From assembly GCF_009914755.1 (NCBI RefSeq), contig NC_060947.1: a DNA stretch of 64,000 nucleotides; one strand, written 5' to 3'. Shown piece by piece: positions 37,390 to 51,719 of this stretch. How positions within the stretch are numbered: the stretch's first letter is position 1; each line of letters opens with the position of its first letter. The position numbers and the translations under genes were made by a program. The notes under the pieces were generated by a model. That model was not told the origin of the DNA. It saw nothing but the letters and a program-made list of their open reading frames with translations, and made no database searches. The DNA comes from the human T2T-CHM13v2.0 reference genome, Homo sapiens.

Positions 37390-37991
37390 TGATCCTCCTG
37401 CCTCAGCCTCCTAAGTAGCTGGGACTACAGGCGCATGCCACCACGCCAGGCTAATTTTTGTAGTTTTTTTTTTTTTTTTTTTTTTAGAGACAGGGGTTTC
37501 GCCATGTTGCCCAGGCTGGTCTTGAACTCCCGGGCTCAAGCAATCCGACCACCTCGGCCTCCCAAAGTGCTGGGATTACAAGTGTGAGCCAATGCGCCCA
37601 GCCCATTACTTTTCTGTTTTTAATCTCATTGATTCCTGGTCTTTATTATTTTTATCCTTCTGCTTACTTTGGGTTTATTTTGCTTTTTTCTCGTTTCTAG
37701 TGTTGAGAACTTAATTTATTGATTTGAAGCTGTTTCTCTTATCTAATGTAAGCATGTAGTACTATAAATTTTCCTCTCAGCACCTGCTTTAACTGTGTCT
37801 CATAAATTTTGATATGTTGAATTTCATTTTCGTTCTCTTAAGTATATATTTTTTTAACTTCTCTTGAAATTTCTTCTTTCACCCATGGATTATTTCAAAG
37901 TGTGATTTTTGGTTTCCAGGTGTTTGGAGGTTTTCTTGTTATCTTTCTGTTGCTGATTTCTAGTTTTCTTTTTTTTTTTCTTTTCTTTTAA

Positions 37992-38300
<309 letters not shown>

Positions 38301-38807
38301 TAGTTGGTGGTAGTGTTGAGTTCTTCTGTACCCTTGTTGATTTTCTGTTTGTTGGTTCTATCAATTATTGAGAGAGGTTGAGGTCTATAGCTATAATCAT
38401 GGATTTGTCCATTTCCACTTTGAGTTCAGTTCATTTTTGCTTCACGTTTTGGAGCACTGTTGTTTGGTGCACACACATTTATGATTGCTATGTCTTCTTG
38501 ATGACACTTTTATCATTATATAATATTCCTCTTCATCTCTGGTAATTTTCTTTACTATGCAGTCTACTTTATCTGATGTTAGTATAGTCACTTTTGCTTT
38601 CTTTTGAGTGATGTTTGCATCATATGTCTTTCTCCATTATTTTACTTTCAACCTACTTATATCCTTATATTTTAAGTATGTTTTATTTAGACAGCATATA
38701 TTTGGATCATATTTTTAAATCTGCTGTATCAATCTGTCTTTTAATTGGTTTAGACCACTTATATTTGATGCAATTATTAATATGTTAGGACTTCAGCGTG
38801 TCCTTTT

Positions 38808-38811
<4 letters not shown>

Positions 38812-38855
<44 letters not shown>
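38812..38855. repeat. (TG)22 microsatellite
   Basis: Read directly. Confidence 0.97.
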
Positions 38856-38857
<2 letters not shown>

Positions 38858-39074
38858 CTCTGTTTTTCATTTCTCTGTTTTATTTTTCCTACCTTCCTTG
38901 GAGGTTCCCTGAACAAACTACCAAACTCGATCCATGTGAAATAGATCATTTGAATAGCCCCAAAGCTATTAGTAACATTGAATTTGTAATTAAAAACTTC
39001 CCCTAAAAATACCTCCAGGCCCAGATGGTTTCACTGAGAATTCTACCAAACATTGAAAGAAATAACAAGTGATA

Positions 39075-39725
39075 ACAGTAGAAGAGAAATTTGAATCAAA
39101 GATGAATAGAGTTATAAAAGAAATAGCTAACCATGGGAATATGGGGATATGCTGCTGTTTTAGAAGCTCTAGGTTTACAGCCAAAAAGAACTTAGTGAAG
39201 GCAAACTTATCAACATAAATGAAGAAAATGGTTATGGTGAAAAGAATGAAGATGTCCCAGAGGAAGTGATACTAGTGAAAAAGTGCACATTAAAGGAATT
39301 CTTGGAAGTATTTTACGACATTGAAGGTACAAAGAACAAAATGTTGAAAACTAATCCACACTTAGAAGGGAATATGACAATTTGCCAAGGGGTAGAAAAG
39401 GTGCTTGCTCCATGTTGTAAGTTATGCAATGAAAAGGAGTTAAGCATTGTAATCTTGATAAGTTTTTACAAATAAATAAAAGTGTAATTCTCAATGTTTC
39501 TAGTGTTTCAAATTATATTATATTAAATACATATTGGTTTTATTATTTTTTATTTCACTATATGTTTATAGTCAATGGGAAGATAGCTTTTTAATGTTTT
39601 GACAAAATTTTTAAAGGTCATTAATGACAGTTTTCCCCATTGTTTATTAAGATTGCTTTTCACAGTTTTAGCTTGCACAGTCATTTTTACAGTATCATAC
39701 CACCATGCAAAGCAAGGACTATCTG
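39075..39725 (+). mobile_element. TcMar-Tigger fragment (Tigger6-like)
   Basis: Degenerate transposase C-terminal-like sequence; ends GCAAAGCAAGGACTATCTG followed by TA. Confidence 0.6.
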
Positions 39726-40040
39726 TAATCTTTAGTGACAGAAAGCAGATCATTGGTTTTCTGGGAGGAGACAGGGAAGCAGGAGGATACAAGGAAACTT
39801 TTGGGGGTGATGGACACATTATCTTGGTTGTGATGCTAGTTGTACAAATGTATGTAGGTGTGTGTGTCAAAACTTTATACATTTAAGATATATACAGTTT
39901 ATTGTATACCCAAATCATGTATATGATGAATATAATACTTTTATATTCATATATACACATAGATACATTATAAGTATATGAACAATCATCACAAGTAGAG
40001 ATGAGTATATGTATAGATGGGTAAGAAAATGTGATAGTGG

Positions 40041-40340
40041 GGTCGAGTGTAGTGGCTCACACCTGTAATCCCAGCACTTTGGGAAGCCAAGGCGGGAGGA
40101 TTACTTGAGCCCAGGAGTTCAAGACCAGCTTGGGCAACATAGTGAGACCTCGTCTCTACAAAAAGTAAAAAAATTAGCTGGGCATGGTGGCATGCGCCTG
40201 TAGTGGAGCTGCTCGGGAGGCCGAGTTGGAAGGATCGCTTGAGCCTAGGAGGTTGAGGCTGCAGTGAGCCACTGCAGGCTGCAGAGAGTACCACTACACT
40301 CCAGCCTAGATAACAGAGCAAGACCCTGTCTCAAAAAGAA
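40041..40340 (+). mobile_element. AluJ
   Basis: Dimer; TSD AAATGTGATAGTGG. Confidence 0.92.
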
Positions 40341-40585
40341 ATGTGATAGTGGCTACATGAAGACACAATCATGGGTGGTTAGAAAAGGAGAAAGACAAGA
40401 TGTGACTGTAAACTACCTAAGGGCAGAACCCCTACTGTTCAGATAAAAAGGTTTTCAGTAAATATGTGTTGTAAGGAGAATAGGAAAAGAAAACAAAGAG
40501 GAAAATGGTGGATGTTAATTAAGAAAATTTGAGAAGGGCCAAAATATAAGTCAGAAAAACAAAGATGAGAACAGGAGGAAACTAA

Positions 40586-40924
<339 letters not shown>

Positions 40925-41221
40925 CACTTGCCTTTCTTATACTAAAATAAAAAGATTTTTTTGGCCGGGCATCTCAAAAAAAAAAAAGATTTTTTCACTT
41001 TCTCAAGTGCTTGATTGAAAGAGTTTAATGTAAGTAGACATAACATTACAACTAATAAGTGATGTTTTAAATCAAAATAGGGGAATGGGAGGTAGGGAAA
41101 TTTTACTAAGTTCCTCAGTCAGATCAAGTTTTAAGTTTGTCACATGACCTCTGTGGTTTTCATAAATGTGCAGCTTGCTTTTCTTAGATTTTTTTAAGTG
41201 AGATAATTCACCTATTATAAA

Positions 41222-41515
41222 TTTTTATTTTTATTTATTTATTTTGAGACGGAGTTTCGCTCTTGTTGCCCAGGCTGGAGTGCAATGGTGCGATCTAGGC
41301 TCACCACAACCTCCGTCTCCCCAGTTCAACCGATTCTCCTGCCTCAGCCTCCCGAGTAGCTGAGATTACAGGCATGTGCCACCACAACTGGCTAATTTTG
41401 TAGTTTTAGTAGAGACAGGGTTTCTCCATGTTGGTCAGGCTGGTCTCGAACTCCCGACCTCAGGTGATCCGCCTGGCTTGGCTGGGATTACAGGCGTGAG
41501 CCACCGCGCCCGGCC
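41222..41515 (-). mobile_element. AluSp-like
   Basis: GGAGTTTCGCTCTTGTTG, TTTCTCCATGTTGGTC diagnostics. Confidence 0.92.
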
Positions 41516-41519
41516 ATGT

Positions 41520-43870
41520 AAATTTTTAAATCAAGATAGAATTCACATACCATAAAATTCACCCTTTTAAATTATATGGTGGTTTTTAGTATATTCACAG
41601 AGTTATACAATCATCATCCCTGTGTAATTCCAAAACGTTTTTATCACCCTAGAAAGAAATCCCACATCTGTTAGCAGTTACTAGTCATTCTCCGCTTCCC
41701 CCAGCCCCTGGCAACCACTGTATTAGTCTGCTAGGGCTGCCATAACAAAATACCACAGACTGGGTGGCTTAAAGAACAAAAATTTGGACTTTTTCAGACG
41801 TTTCTCTTTCTCTCTCTCTCCCTCTCTTTCTCTCTCAAAAAAAAATTATTTTTTCATAGTTCTAGAGTCTAGAAATCCAAGATCAAGGTGTCATCAGGGT
41901 TGACGTCTGGTGAGGCCTCTCTTCCTAGTGTGTAAACAGCCACCTTCTCACTGTGTCCTCACATGGCCTTTCTTCTGTACGTGCACAGTTTGTGGGGGTG
42001 GAGCTCTGGGGTGTCTCCTTCTAAGGACACCAGCCCTATCAGACTAAGGCCCCATCCTTATGACCTCTCATAACCTTTATTACCTACTTATAGGCCCTGT
42101 CTCCAAATAAAGTCACATCATGGGTTAGGTCTTCAACATGAATTTGAGAAGGGCCTATTGAGTTCATAACAACCACTAGTCTGCTTTCTGTTCTTATGGA
42201 ACTGCCCACTCTGGACATTTCATATAAATGGAATCATACAATGTATGGCATTTTGAGTCTGACTTTTTTCATGTAGCATAATGTTTTGGAAGTTCATCCG
42301 TGTTATATGTATCAGTATTCATTACTTTTATGACCAAATAATATTCTGTTATATGGATACACCACATTTTGTTAATCCTTTCAGCAGTTGATGGATATTT
42401 GGGTTGTTTCCACATATGGGCTGTTACGAATAATGGTGCTATAAACATCCTCATACAGTTTTTTTTTAAATTTTAATCAGGTCCTCTAGAAGAAAATTCA
42501 TACAGGTTTTTGAGTGCACATATGTTTTCATTTCTCTTGGGTACATACCTAGGAATAGAATTATTGAGTCATATGGTAACTCTATCTTTAACATTTTGAG
42601 GAATTGTCAAACTATTTTTTATAGCATCTGCAACATTTTACATTCCTGTCAGTAATGTGTGAAGGTTACATTTTCTCCACATCCTCACCAATACTTGTTA
42701 TTGTCTGTCTTTTTGTTATAGCCTTTCTAGTGGGTATGAAGTGTATTTCACTGTGATTATGATTTGCATTTGTCTAATGGCTAATGATGTTGAACAGCTT
42801 TTCTCGATGTCCTTCTTAGCCATTTATATATCTTTTGAAGAGACCTTTTCTACTTTATCACACAAAAAAGCCTTTATGAGGTCAGAAAACACAAGATTTT
42901 ATCTTTGTCTTCTATGAAATGCTGCTGTTCACACAGCCAGAATGAGTCGTCTTAAGTCCCATCACATTCATTTGAGTATGTATGTCCTTGGCTGCTGAAA
43001 ATCTGACCCTTTAATGAATAGGGCAGCAAAGTTCCCTGACCATCAGTGTTCTAGAATGTCCCATTTTTTAATACTGCATCCATGCACACCTCCTATGTTG
43101 TCTTTGGAGAAATTATTCAGATCCTTAACTCAATTTTTTTAAACGGGCAGTCTTTTTATTGAGTCATAAGAGTTCTTTACATATTCTGGATACAAGTCTC
43201 TTATCAGAAATATGATTTGCAAATATTTTCTCCCATTCTATTGATTCTCTTTTTACTTTCCTCATGGTGTCCTTTGAGGAACGACAGTTTTTAATTTTGG
43301 GCCAGGTGCAGTGACTCACACCTGTAATCCCAACACTTTGGGAGGCTGAGGTGGGAGGATGGCTTGAAACCAGGATCTCAAGGCCATACTAGGCAACATA
43401 GCAAGTCCTCATCTCTACAAAAAATAAAAAATTAGCTAGCCATGGTGGCGCATACCTATAGTCCCAGCTGTTCAAGAGACTTACGTGGAAGGATTGCTTG
43501 AGCCCAGGAGTTTAAGGCTGCAGTGACCTATGATCACACCACTGCACTCCAGCCTGGGTGACAGAGTGAGACCCTGCCTCAAAAAAAAAAGTTTTTAATT
43601 GTGATGAAGTCCAGTTTATCTGTTTTTTTTTTTGTTGTTGTTGTTGTTGCTTGTCCTTTTGATGTTATATCCAAGAAATAGCAAATATTGCCTAAGCCAA
43701 GGTCAAGAAGTTTTATACCTATATTTTCTTCTAAGAATTTTATAGTTTGGCTATTACATTTAGGTCTTTGATCCATTTGAATTCATTTTTGTATCTGGCT
43801 TGAGGTATTAGGGGTCCAAGTTCATTTTTTTTTATGTGTGGATATCTAGTTGTCACAACACCATTTGTTG
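41520..43870 (-). mobile_element. L1MB-type 3' region with nested MLT1A (41719-42171, TSD ACCAC) and AluJ (43300-43590, plus)
   Basis: CATATAAATGGAATCATACAAT, TTGGGTTGTTTCCAC and TTTGCAAATATTTTCTCCCATTC motifs in order. Confidence 0.82.
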
Positions 43871-44020
43871 GGTAGCTTCCTTTTTGAAAATGATGAACAC
43901 TGTACCCCAAACCCACCTACCTTGGTTCCATGTATTCCTTATAAGTCAGGCTGCTATGAAAGAAAGCATAGTTATTGAATTAGCAAGAAATCCTAGTTTT
44001 ATATTTTGAAATCTTAGTTC

Positions 44021-44313
44021 TTTTTTCAGAGACAGCGTCTCGTTCTCTGTTGCCCAGCCTGGAATGCAGTGGCACAATCATAGCTCACTGTAATCTTGAA
44101 CTCCTGGGCTCAAGCAATCCTCCTGCCTTAGCCTCCCCAATTAGTTGGGACTACAGGCACATGCCACTGTACCCAGTTATTTTTTATTATTTTTTTAGAG
44201 ATGGGATCTCGCTATGTTGCCCAGGCTGGTCTCAAACTCCTGGCCTCAAGCAGTTATCCCATCTTGGCTTCCCAAAGTGCTAAGATTACAAACATGAGCC
44301 ACTGCACCCAGCC
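44021..44313 (-). mobile_element. AluJ
   Basis: Reverse dimer. Confidence 0.9.
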
Positions 44314-44424
44314 AGTTTTATTTTTTTAATCTCCTGTTTCACAGATCTACCAAAGTGACTTAAAATTTTTTTATCTAGTTTGAGATGCTAATTTCTGTAC
44401 TTTATGCTTCACTCTGTCCAAATA

Positions 44425-45704
44425 TAAGGGAACTTTTTAAAAGTTAATGGAATAATGGAATTAAGTGATGAAAATTAAAAATATAAACTTCATTTCTCAA
44501 CGTAAGCTCCATCAAGGTCAAGACACTTTTGTAAGCAATGATACCAGCCATTTAGTTCTTCCCTAGAGAACTGAGCGTCCTGGGAATTTAACCATGTCAG
44601 TGCAGTCTTTTTTGCATTATTAACTGAAGGAAAATGGGTACCCTTAAAGATTTTTTAATATTAGGACACAAAAAGAAGTCAGAAGGAGGCAAAACAGGAC
44701 CGTAAGGTGGATGCTTAATGATTTCCCATTGAAACTCTCACAAAATTACTCTTGTTTGATGAGAAGAATGAACTGGAGCATTGTTGTGATAGCAAAAGAC
44801 GTTCTGGTAAAGCTTTCTTGAGCAGTTTTCTGTAAAGCTTTGGCTAACTCTCTCAAAACACTCATAATAAGCAGATGTTATCATTCTTTGGCCCTCCAAA
44901 AAGTCAACAAGCAAAATGCCTTGAACATCCCCAAAAACTGTTGCCATGACCTTTACTCTTGACTGACCCACTTTTGCTTTGACTGGGCCACTGCCGCCTC
45001 TTGGTAGCCATTGTTTTGAATGTGCTTTGTCTTCAGGATTGTACTCATAAAGCCATGTTTCATCTCCTATTATAATTCTTCAAAGAAATGCTTCAGGATC
45101 TTGATCCCACTTGTTTAAAATTTCCATTGAAAGCTCTGCACTTGTCTGTAGCTGATCTGGCTGTAACCAGTTTCAGCACCCATTGAGTGAAAGGTTTGCT
45201 TAACTTTAATTTTTCAGTCAGAATTGTGACTGAAGAACTGTGACTGTATGCTGAACCAGTTGAGATGTCTGTGGTGTTGGCTGTTGTTTGTGCTGTTAAT
45301 CATCAGTCCTCTTTAATTAGGGCATGAACAAGATGAATTTTTTCCTTGCAAATTGATGAGATGTAAAAATGATGTGAATGTGGGCTTTATCTTCAACTTT
45401 GTCTCTTCCCTTCTTAAAACAAGCTATCCATTTGTAAACTGCTGATTTCTTTGGGGCATTGTCCCCATGAACTTTTTGTAAAACAGCGATTTCTCCTTTC
45501 TTCTACCCAGATTTCACCATAAATTTGATGTTTGTTCTTGCTTCAGTTTTAGCCAAATTCCTATTGCTCTAATAGGGGCCCTTTTCAAACTGATGTCTTA
45601 TCCTTCTTAGTGCCTGTAAAAGTTAGTATGAATTTATTTTTGTGTAAATTTTTGAAATCTACATATAGTTTTTTATTTTCCATGAACTTTTTGAAGACCT
45701 CTTA
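44425..45704 (-). mobile_element. HSMAR2 mariner DNA transposon, near full length, transposase pseudogenised
   Basis: Terminal inverted repeats (TAAGGGAACTTTTTAAAAGTTAATGGAA / TTCCATGAACTTTTTGAAGACCTCTTA), TA on both flanks; minus-strand peptides KVMATVFGDVQGILLVDFLEG, YHNNAPVH and HPPYGPVLPPSDF match mariner motifs. Confidence 0.88.
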
Positions 45705-46178
45705 TATGTTACTGTTTTCCCACCCTACATGACAAAACAGCATTATGTTAATTTTTATTGGTTAATTTTATAACTTTTGTGTTAGTTTTCCTTTTGTGTA
45801 TTTTAAACAGTTTTTGAAATTAAAAATAGCTTTATTCTCAAAAACCATAAATAAAAATGTTCTCTTCCAATGTAATTGCCAAGTTTAAATAAATGTAAGT
45901 GTTCTATAACAAACCCTTGCAATAATTATTTTTAGATTTAAAACTCTTATCTTCAGTGATTATGTATTACTATGTTAATAATTGTTGAATTGTAAAAATT
46001 ATCTCCACCTTCCAAATTTTAAAAATTGTAAGTCAGAGTGCATTGAAAGCATGATGACATTCCTTAATTCTGCACTGAAGGTTTTTAATAAAGAATGTTA
46101 TAGCAATTCACAATAACATGTGGAAAGTATCAGAATGTAAAAACAAAAAATTATGAATATATTATTTTGGGCTTGCTA

Positions 46179-46604
<426 letters not shown>

Positions 46605-46720
46605 CTAATGTAATACAATAGTAAATTAAGTTAAAATGTACTTGAAAATATTTGGAAATAATTATTATGTATTGGGATACGCCATTTGTTATAGCAAACA
46701 TCCTCAAAAGTCTCAGCATC

Positions 46721-46905
<185 letters not shown>

Positions 46906-47688
46906 TGAAGTCTTTATTTTTCGCACATGTCTCCATCCAATGTGGGTTTGAATGTGGATCCCCTCTGCCCCACACAGTTATTTAGGGACACAAGCTCTTT
47001 TTATGAATGGCGCTTTTATTTACTACCCATTCTCTTTTCTACTCTCTAACTTCTCAATCCAGTCAGCATGAAAAGAGTGGAGGGTTATACAGTTGGGGTT
47101 TTTTTCTGGTGGGGGCAGCGGGGGTAGGCTTTGAAGTGACTTACCTACCTACATATCATTAGCCAGAACTCACTCCTGTGGCCCACCTAACAGCAAAGGG
47201 GGCTGGAGAACGCAGTCTTGCTATGTGTGCAGGTGGAAATGGAAATAGGGTTTGGTGAACACCTCGCACTTCTCTGCTGCTCTTTGATAGTGGCATTACA
47301 AAGTCAAAGCTATGAGATCACAGGAACCTTATTGGTTTTATTCACCACTGTAACCCTGTAGTTGATGCTATGGTCTACACTGCACAGATTTCCATATAGT
47401 CTTAGGATCTTTCCACCTAGTGTCTCAGCAGGATAGTCTGACTTCTTACAGACAGTTCAGGACTCCAAGAGTGAATGTTTTAAGAGGTAAGAAGTGGAAG
47501 GTGCTCATTTCAAAGCCTAGGCTCAGAAACTGACACAGTATTACTTGCACTATATTTTATTAGAGCAGTTGCAGAGGGCTTCCAAATTGAAGGAAAGGAA
47601 AATAGGCCCCATTTCTCAATAAAAGGCATATCAAAGGATTTGTGGCCGTCTTTGATCTACCACGTCATAATATTTTTAATGTTTGTCT

Positions 47689-47818
47689 TTTTTTTTTTTT
47701 TTAAGAGACAGATCTTGCTATGTTGCTCAGGCTAGATTCAAACTCCTGGGCTCAAGCTATCCTCCCGCCTCAGCCTCGTGATGAGCTGGAACTACAGGCA
47801 CAAGCTACCATGCCTGTC
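47689..47818 (-). mobile_element. FLAM-like Alu monomer
   Basis: Poly-T plus a single left-arm-like unit. Confidence 0.75.
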
Positions 47819-48799
47819 TTGAGTTACTTGTTTTGTTGCCTATAGACAGATTAGTCAGCTAGAGAAACTTTACTAATAAGACTAAAGTACACTCTTGCTT
47901 TTTATTTATTAACTAATTTATAAGGTTATCAAAATGCTTTAGCATCTTATTTCCTAATGGACTTAGAGCAGTAATTTTGGATATATGTATAAATTAATTG
48001 ACATGATCCTTGGGTGCTAGAATTACTCTACTCGAGCTATAGTAACTGAAAATGGATGAGGGAGAAATAAGAATAGATAGAGCACATCCTTTCAGAATCT
48101 TTGTTCTGGCTTTCAGATGAGGTTTTCCCATCTGTTTCACTGTCCTTTCTGCAGTTTCCCTGTTAGTTCAGTATAGTGTATATATGTGGTGATTGAGGGG
48201 AGGGGTACAGAGATTACAGAGCCATCTTGCACTGTAAGTTATAGCTGCTTAGGTAAGTACTGATGACCAAAAGAAATTTTTCGACAGTGAGTTCAACAAA
48301 TAAAGATGGTGTTAACCCTATTTACATGTCTCTAGGTAGACTGAAGGATTTTGAGTCATTAACAGTGAGCTTCAGATATTTCTTTTTGGGTATTCATTTA
48401 TATATTTTAATCAGTTTCTATTGCAGTAAGATTCCAATAGAAGGAAAACAATGCTTCATTTTTTGTTGAAAGCAAACATACATTATAAGTTGTATAATAC
48501 ACAATGATTAATGAAGTTTTACTGTGTGTGTGTGCATGTGTGTATGTTTTTAAAATTACGGATGAACTATCATACAAATAAAAACAATCAGAATACAAAA
48601 AAATTAACTGTGTAGTGTATGCTTATACACATGCATATATGTATATATAAATGGGATTGTTCTATAACTTGCTTTTTTCACTTAATATATACTTCTGCAT
48701 CGTTAATAAAACTGAAAGAGGAAATGATTGGATATAGATAGGTCCCTATTTCCCCTTGCAATGTAAACTCTGGACTTACTGGGCTATGGAGATCAGTGC

Positions 48800-49095
48800 T
48801 TTCTTTACTAAACTCTAGACTCAAATATACAACTGTCAATTCAACAGTTCCACTTGGATGTCCAGTAGACATCTCAGACTAAAAATGTCCCAAACTGAAC
48901 TACTGATCTTCCCAAACCAGTTCTATTTGTAGTTCTCTAGCTTTAGCTGATAGAAAAATCTATCCTTCTAGCTGTAACTCTGTCTTTTCAGTTTAAGCCA
49001 AAATTCTTAGTCATCTTTGATTCTTCATTGTCTTATATCCCATATTCAATATAACAGGATATCCCATTAACTCTACTTTCAAAATATATCCATAT
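48800..49095 (+). mobile_element. L2 fragment
   Basis: TCCACTTGGATGTCC...CATCTCAGACT...ATGTCCCAAACTGAACT. Confidence 0.65.
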
Positions 49096-49178
49096 TTCAT
49101 ATAGTAAAAGAACAACCCCTAATGATAAATGGAAACACATGCCTGCCTCCCACTCCACTGCTGTATTTGGTCATCTAG

Positions 49179-49633
<455 letters not shown>

Positions 49634-49694
49634 CAGAGCACTTTCCTACACATTTATCTTATTTAAAATTTAAAACAGTCCTTTTGCAGTTTTC

Positions 49695-50250
49695 CAGTTA
49701 CTATTGCTGATGATAATTTGCCCCCAAACTTAGCAGCTTAGAGCAGCTGTGTTATACCCATTGATTCTGTGGGTCAGGAAATCAGATAGGGCACAGTGGA
49801 GATGGCTTCCCTCTGCTCCATGATGTGTCTAGGGCCTCATCAAGGAAGACAAAGTTTGAGAGTGACCCAACAGCTGGGCACTGGAATCAACTGAAGGCTT
49901 ATTCACTGCGTGTCTGTGTAACAGCCCATCCCTGGGCTTGGATAACATAGACTACACATGGCCTTTCCATTAGTTTGGCTTCCTCATAGCCTAACAACCT
50001 CAGCATAGTCAGATTTCTTACAGGAGTCAGGCACAGGGCTCCAAGTGCATGCGTTCCTGCAAACCAGGAGGGAGCTACATTCCATTTTATGACCCAGCCT
50101 TGCAGTTCTCATGGCATCACTTCTATTGATCAAAAACCATCACAAGCCCTCCCCTATTTAAGGGGAAGGGAGATAGACTTCACTACTTGATGAAGATGAC
50201 AAAGTCACATTGCAGAAGAATGTGGGATTTGGAAAATACCATCTGTCGCA
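49695..50250 (-). mobile_element. Old MLT1 LTR
   Basis: CCCCAAACTTAGCAGCTTA...GATTCTGTGGGTCAGGAA...TTTTATGACCCAGCCTTG. Confidence 0.65.
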
Positions 50251-50381
50251 GGGGTTATCATTGTCCTTTGTTTTGAGTCATGGAGACTTGGAGAGAAGTG
50301 ATTATCCCAGAGTGGTAGGATGAACAAGGGTCATCTTGGGAAATGATTCCTAGAGTTGTTATTACAGTAACTACTATCTAG

Positions 50382-50547
<166 letters not shown>

Positions 50548-51048
50548 CTCTATCTAGTTCATTTTTAAGGCATTTATTTCAAACCTTTACAAAACCTATG
50601 AGGTTTTGGTTTTATGCAGTTTCTGCAGTGTTCACAAATGATTCTAATCCACTTATTAGGAAATGTAGCATAGTCTGTACCTGCCAAATATTTAGATCAA
50701 CTGAAGAGACACTGAGGGGTCTCTGTACATAAGACACTGGAGGAGGCCATAGATCAGGTTAGAGTGACTGCAGTTACCTTTTTATTGCCTCCTTAGTTGG
50801 CACAGCAGTATCCACAAAGGCCAGAGGTAGTAGTGTTCCAGCCACTGGTCTCCCCTGGAGAGCAGATGTGATTGTGGGTCCTTTCACCAAAGGCTAGTCA
50901 TCTGGAAAGTTATTACAACATTCATTTACATGCAAGCATCCAAATTGAAAGTTGAGGTTACCTCATCCTAACAAAATTGCTCATGCTTCTGGGCTTGCGA
51001 GCTTTTGCTGATTTGGTCAATGGTCTAGTGACCATTTAAAGAGTATCA

Positions 51049-51345
51049 GGCCGGGCGCGGTGGCTCACGCCTGTAATCCCACCACTTTGGGAGGCTGAGG
51101 CAGGTGGATCACCTGAGGTCAGGAGTTTGAGACCAGCCTGGCCAACATGGTGAAACCCCATCTCTGCTAAAAATACAAAAATTAGCCTGGCATGGTGGCA
51201 TGCACCTGTAATCCCAGCTACTTGGGAGGCTGAGGCAGGAGAATCATTTCAACCTGGTAGGCAGAGGTTACAGTAAGCTGTGATCATGCCACTGCACTCT
51301 AGCCTGGGCAACAGAGTGAGACTTGGTCTCAAAAAAAAAAAAAAA
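51049..51345 (+). mobile_element. AluS
   Basis: Full dimer. Confidence 0.93.
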
Positions 51346-51719
51346 GTGTGTCTATCCATAGTACATAGCCAAGAAAGAAAATCACCCATCCAGGGAGGAT
51401 AATCCTGGGATTTCCTCCAGCTTTAGCCATGTTATATATACTCGAAGATATTGAAGCTGCATTTAAAAAATCCCAAACATATTTTTTTTCACTAATTCTC
51501 ACAGCCCTTCCCCCTCTATCATTATAAGTACAATAATTTCTCCTTGTGAGTTTATATTAACTTCATCTTTTACCCATGTATTTTCTTGTAGTTGGTGTTA
51601 CTGTTTTAGTATATAATTTATTGTCATGGTCTTGGTCCTTAGATGCAGACCTTTAGTTCAAGATACACGAGGAAAGATGAGTGAGATGACATTGCTGTCA
51701 TTATCATTATTGTAAATTT

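Noticed and set aside
44738-44971. Transposase-like ORF as an active gene
   Set aside because: Short frameshifted fragment of HSMAR2 with decayed motifs
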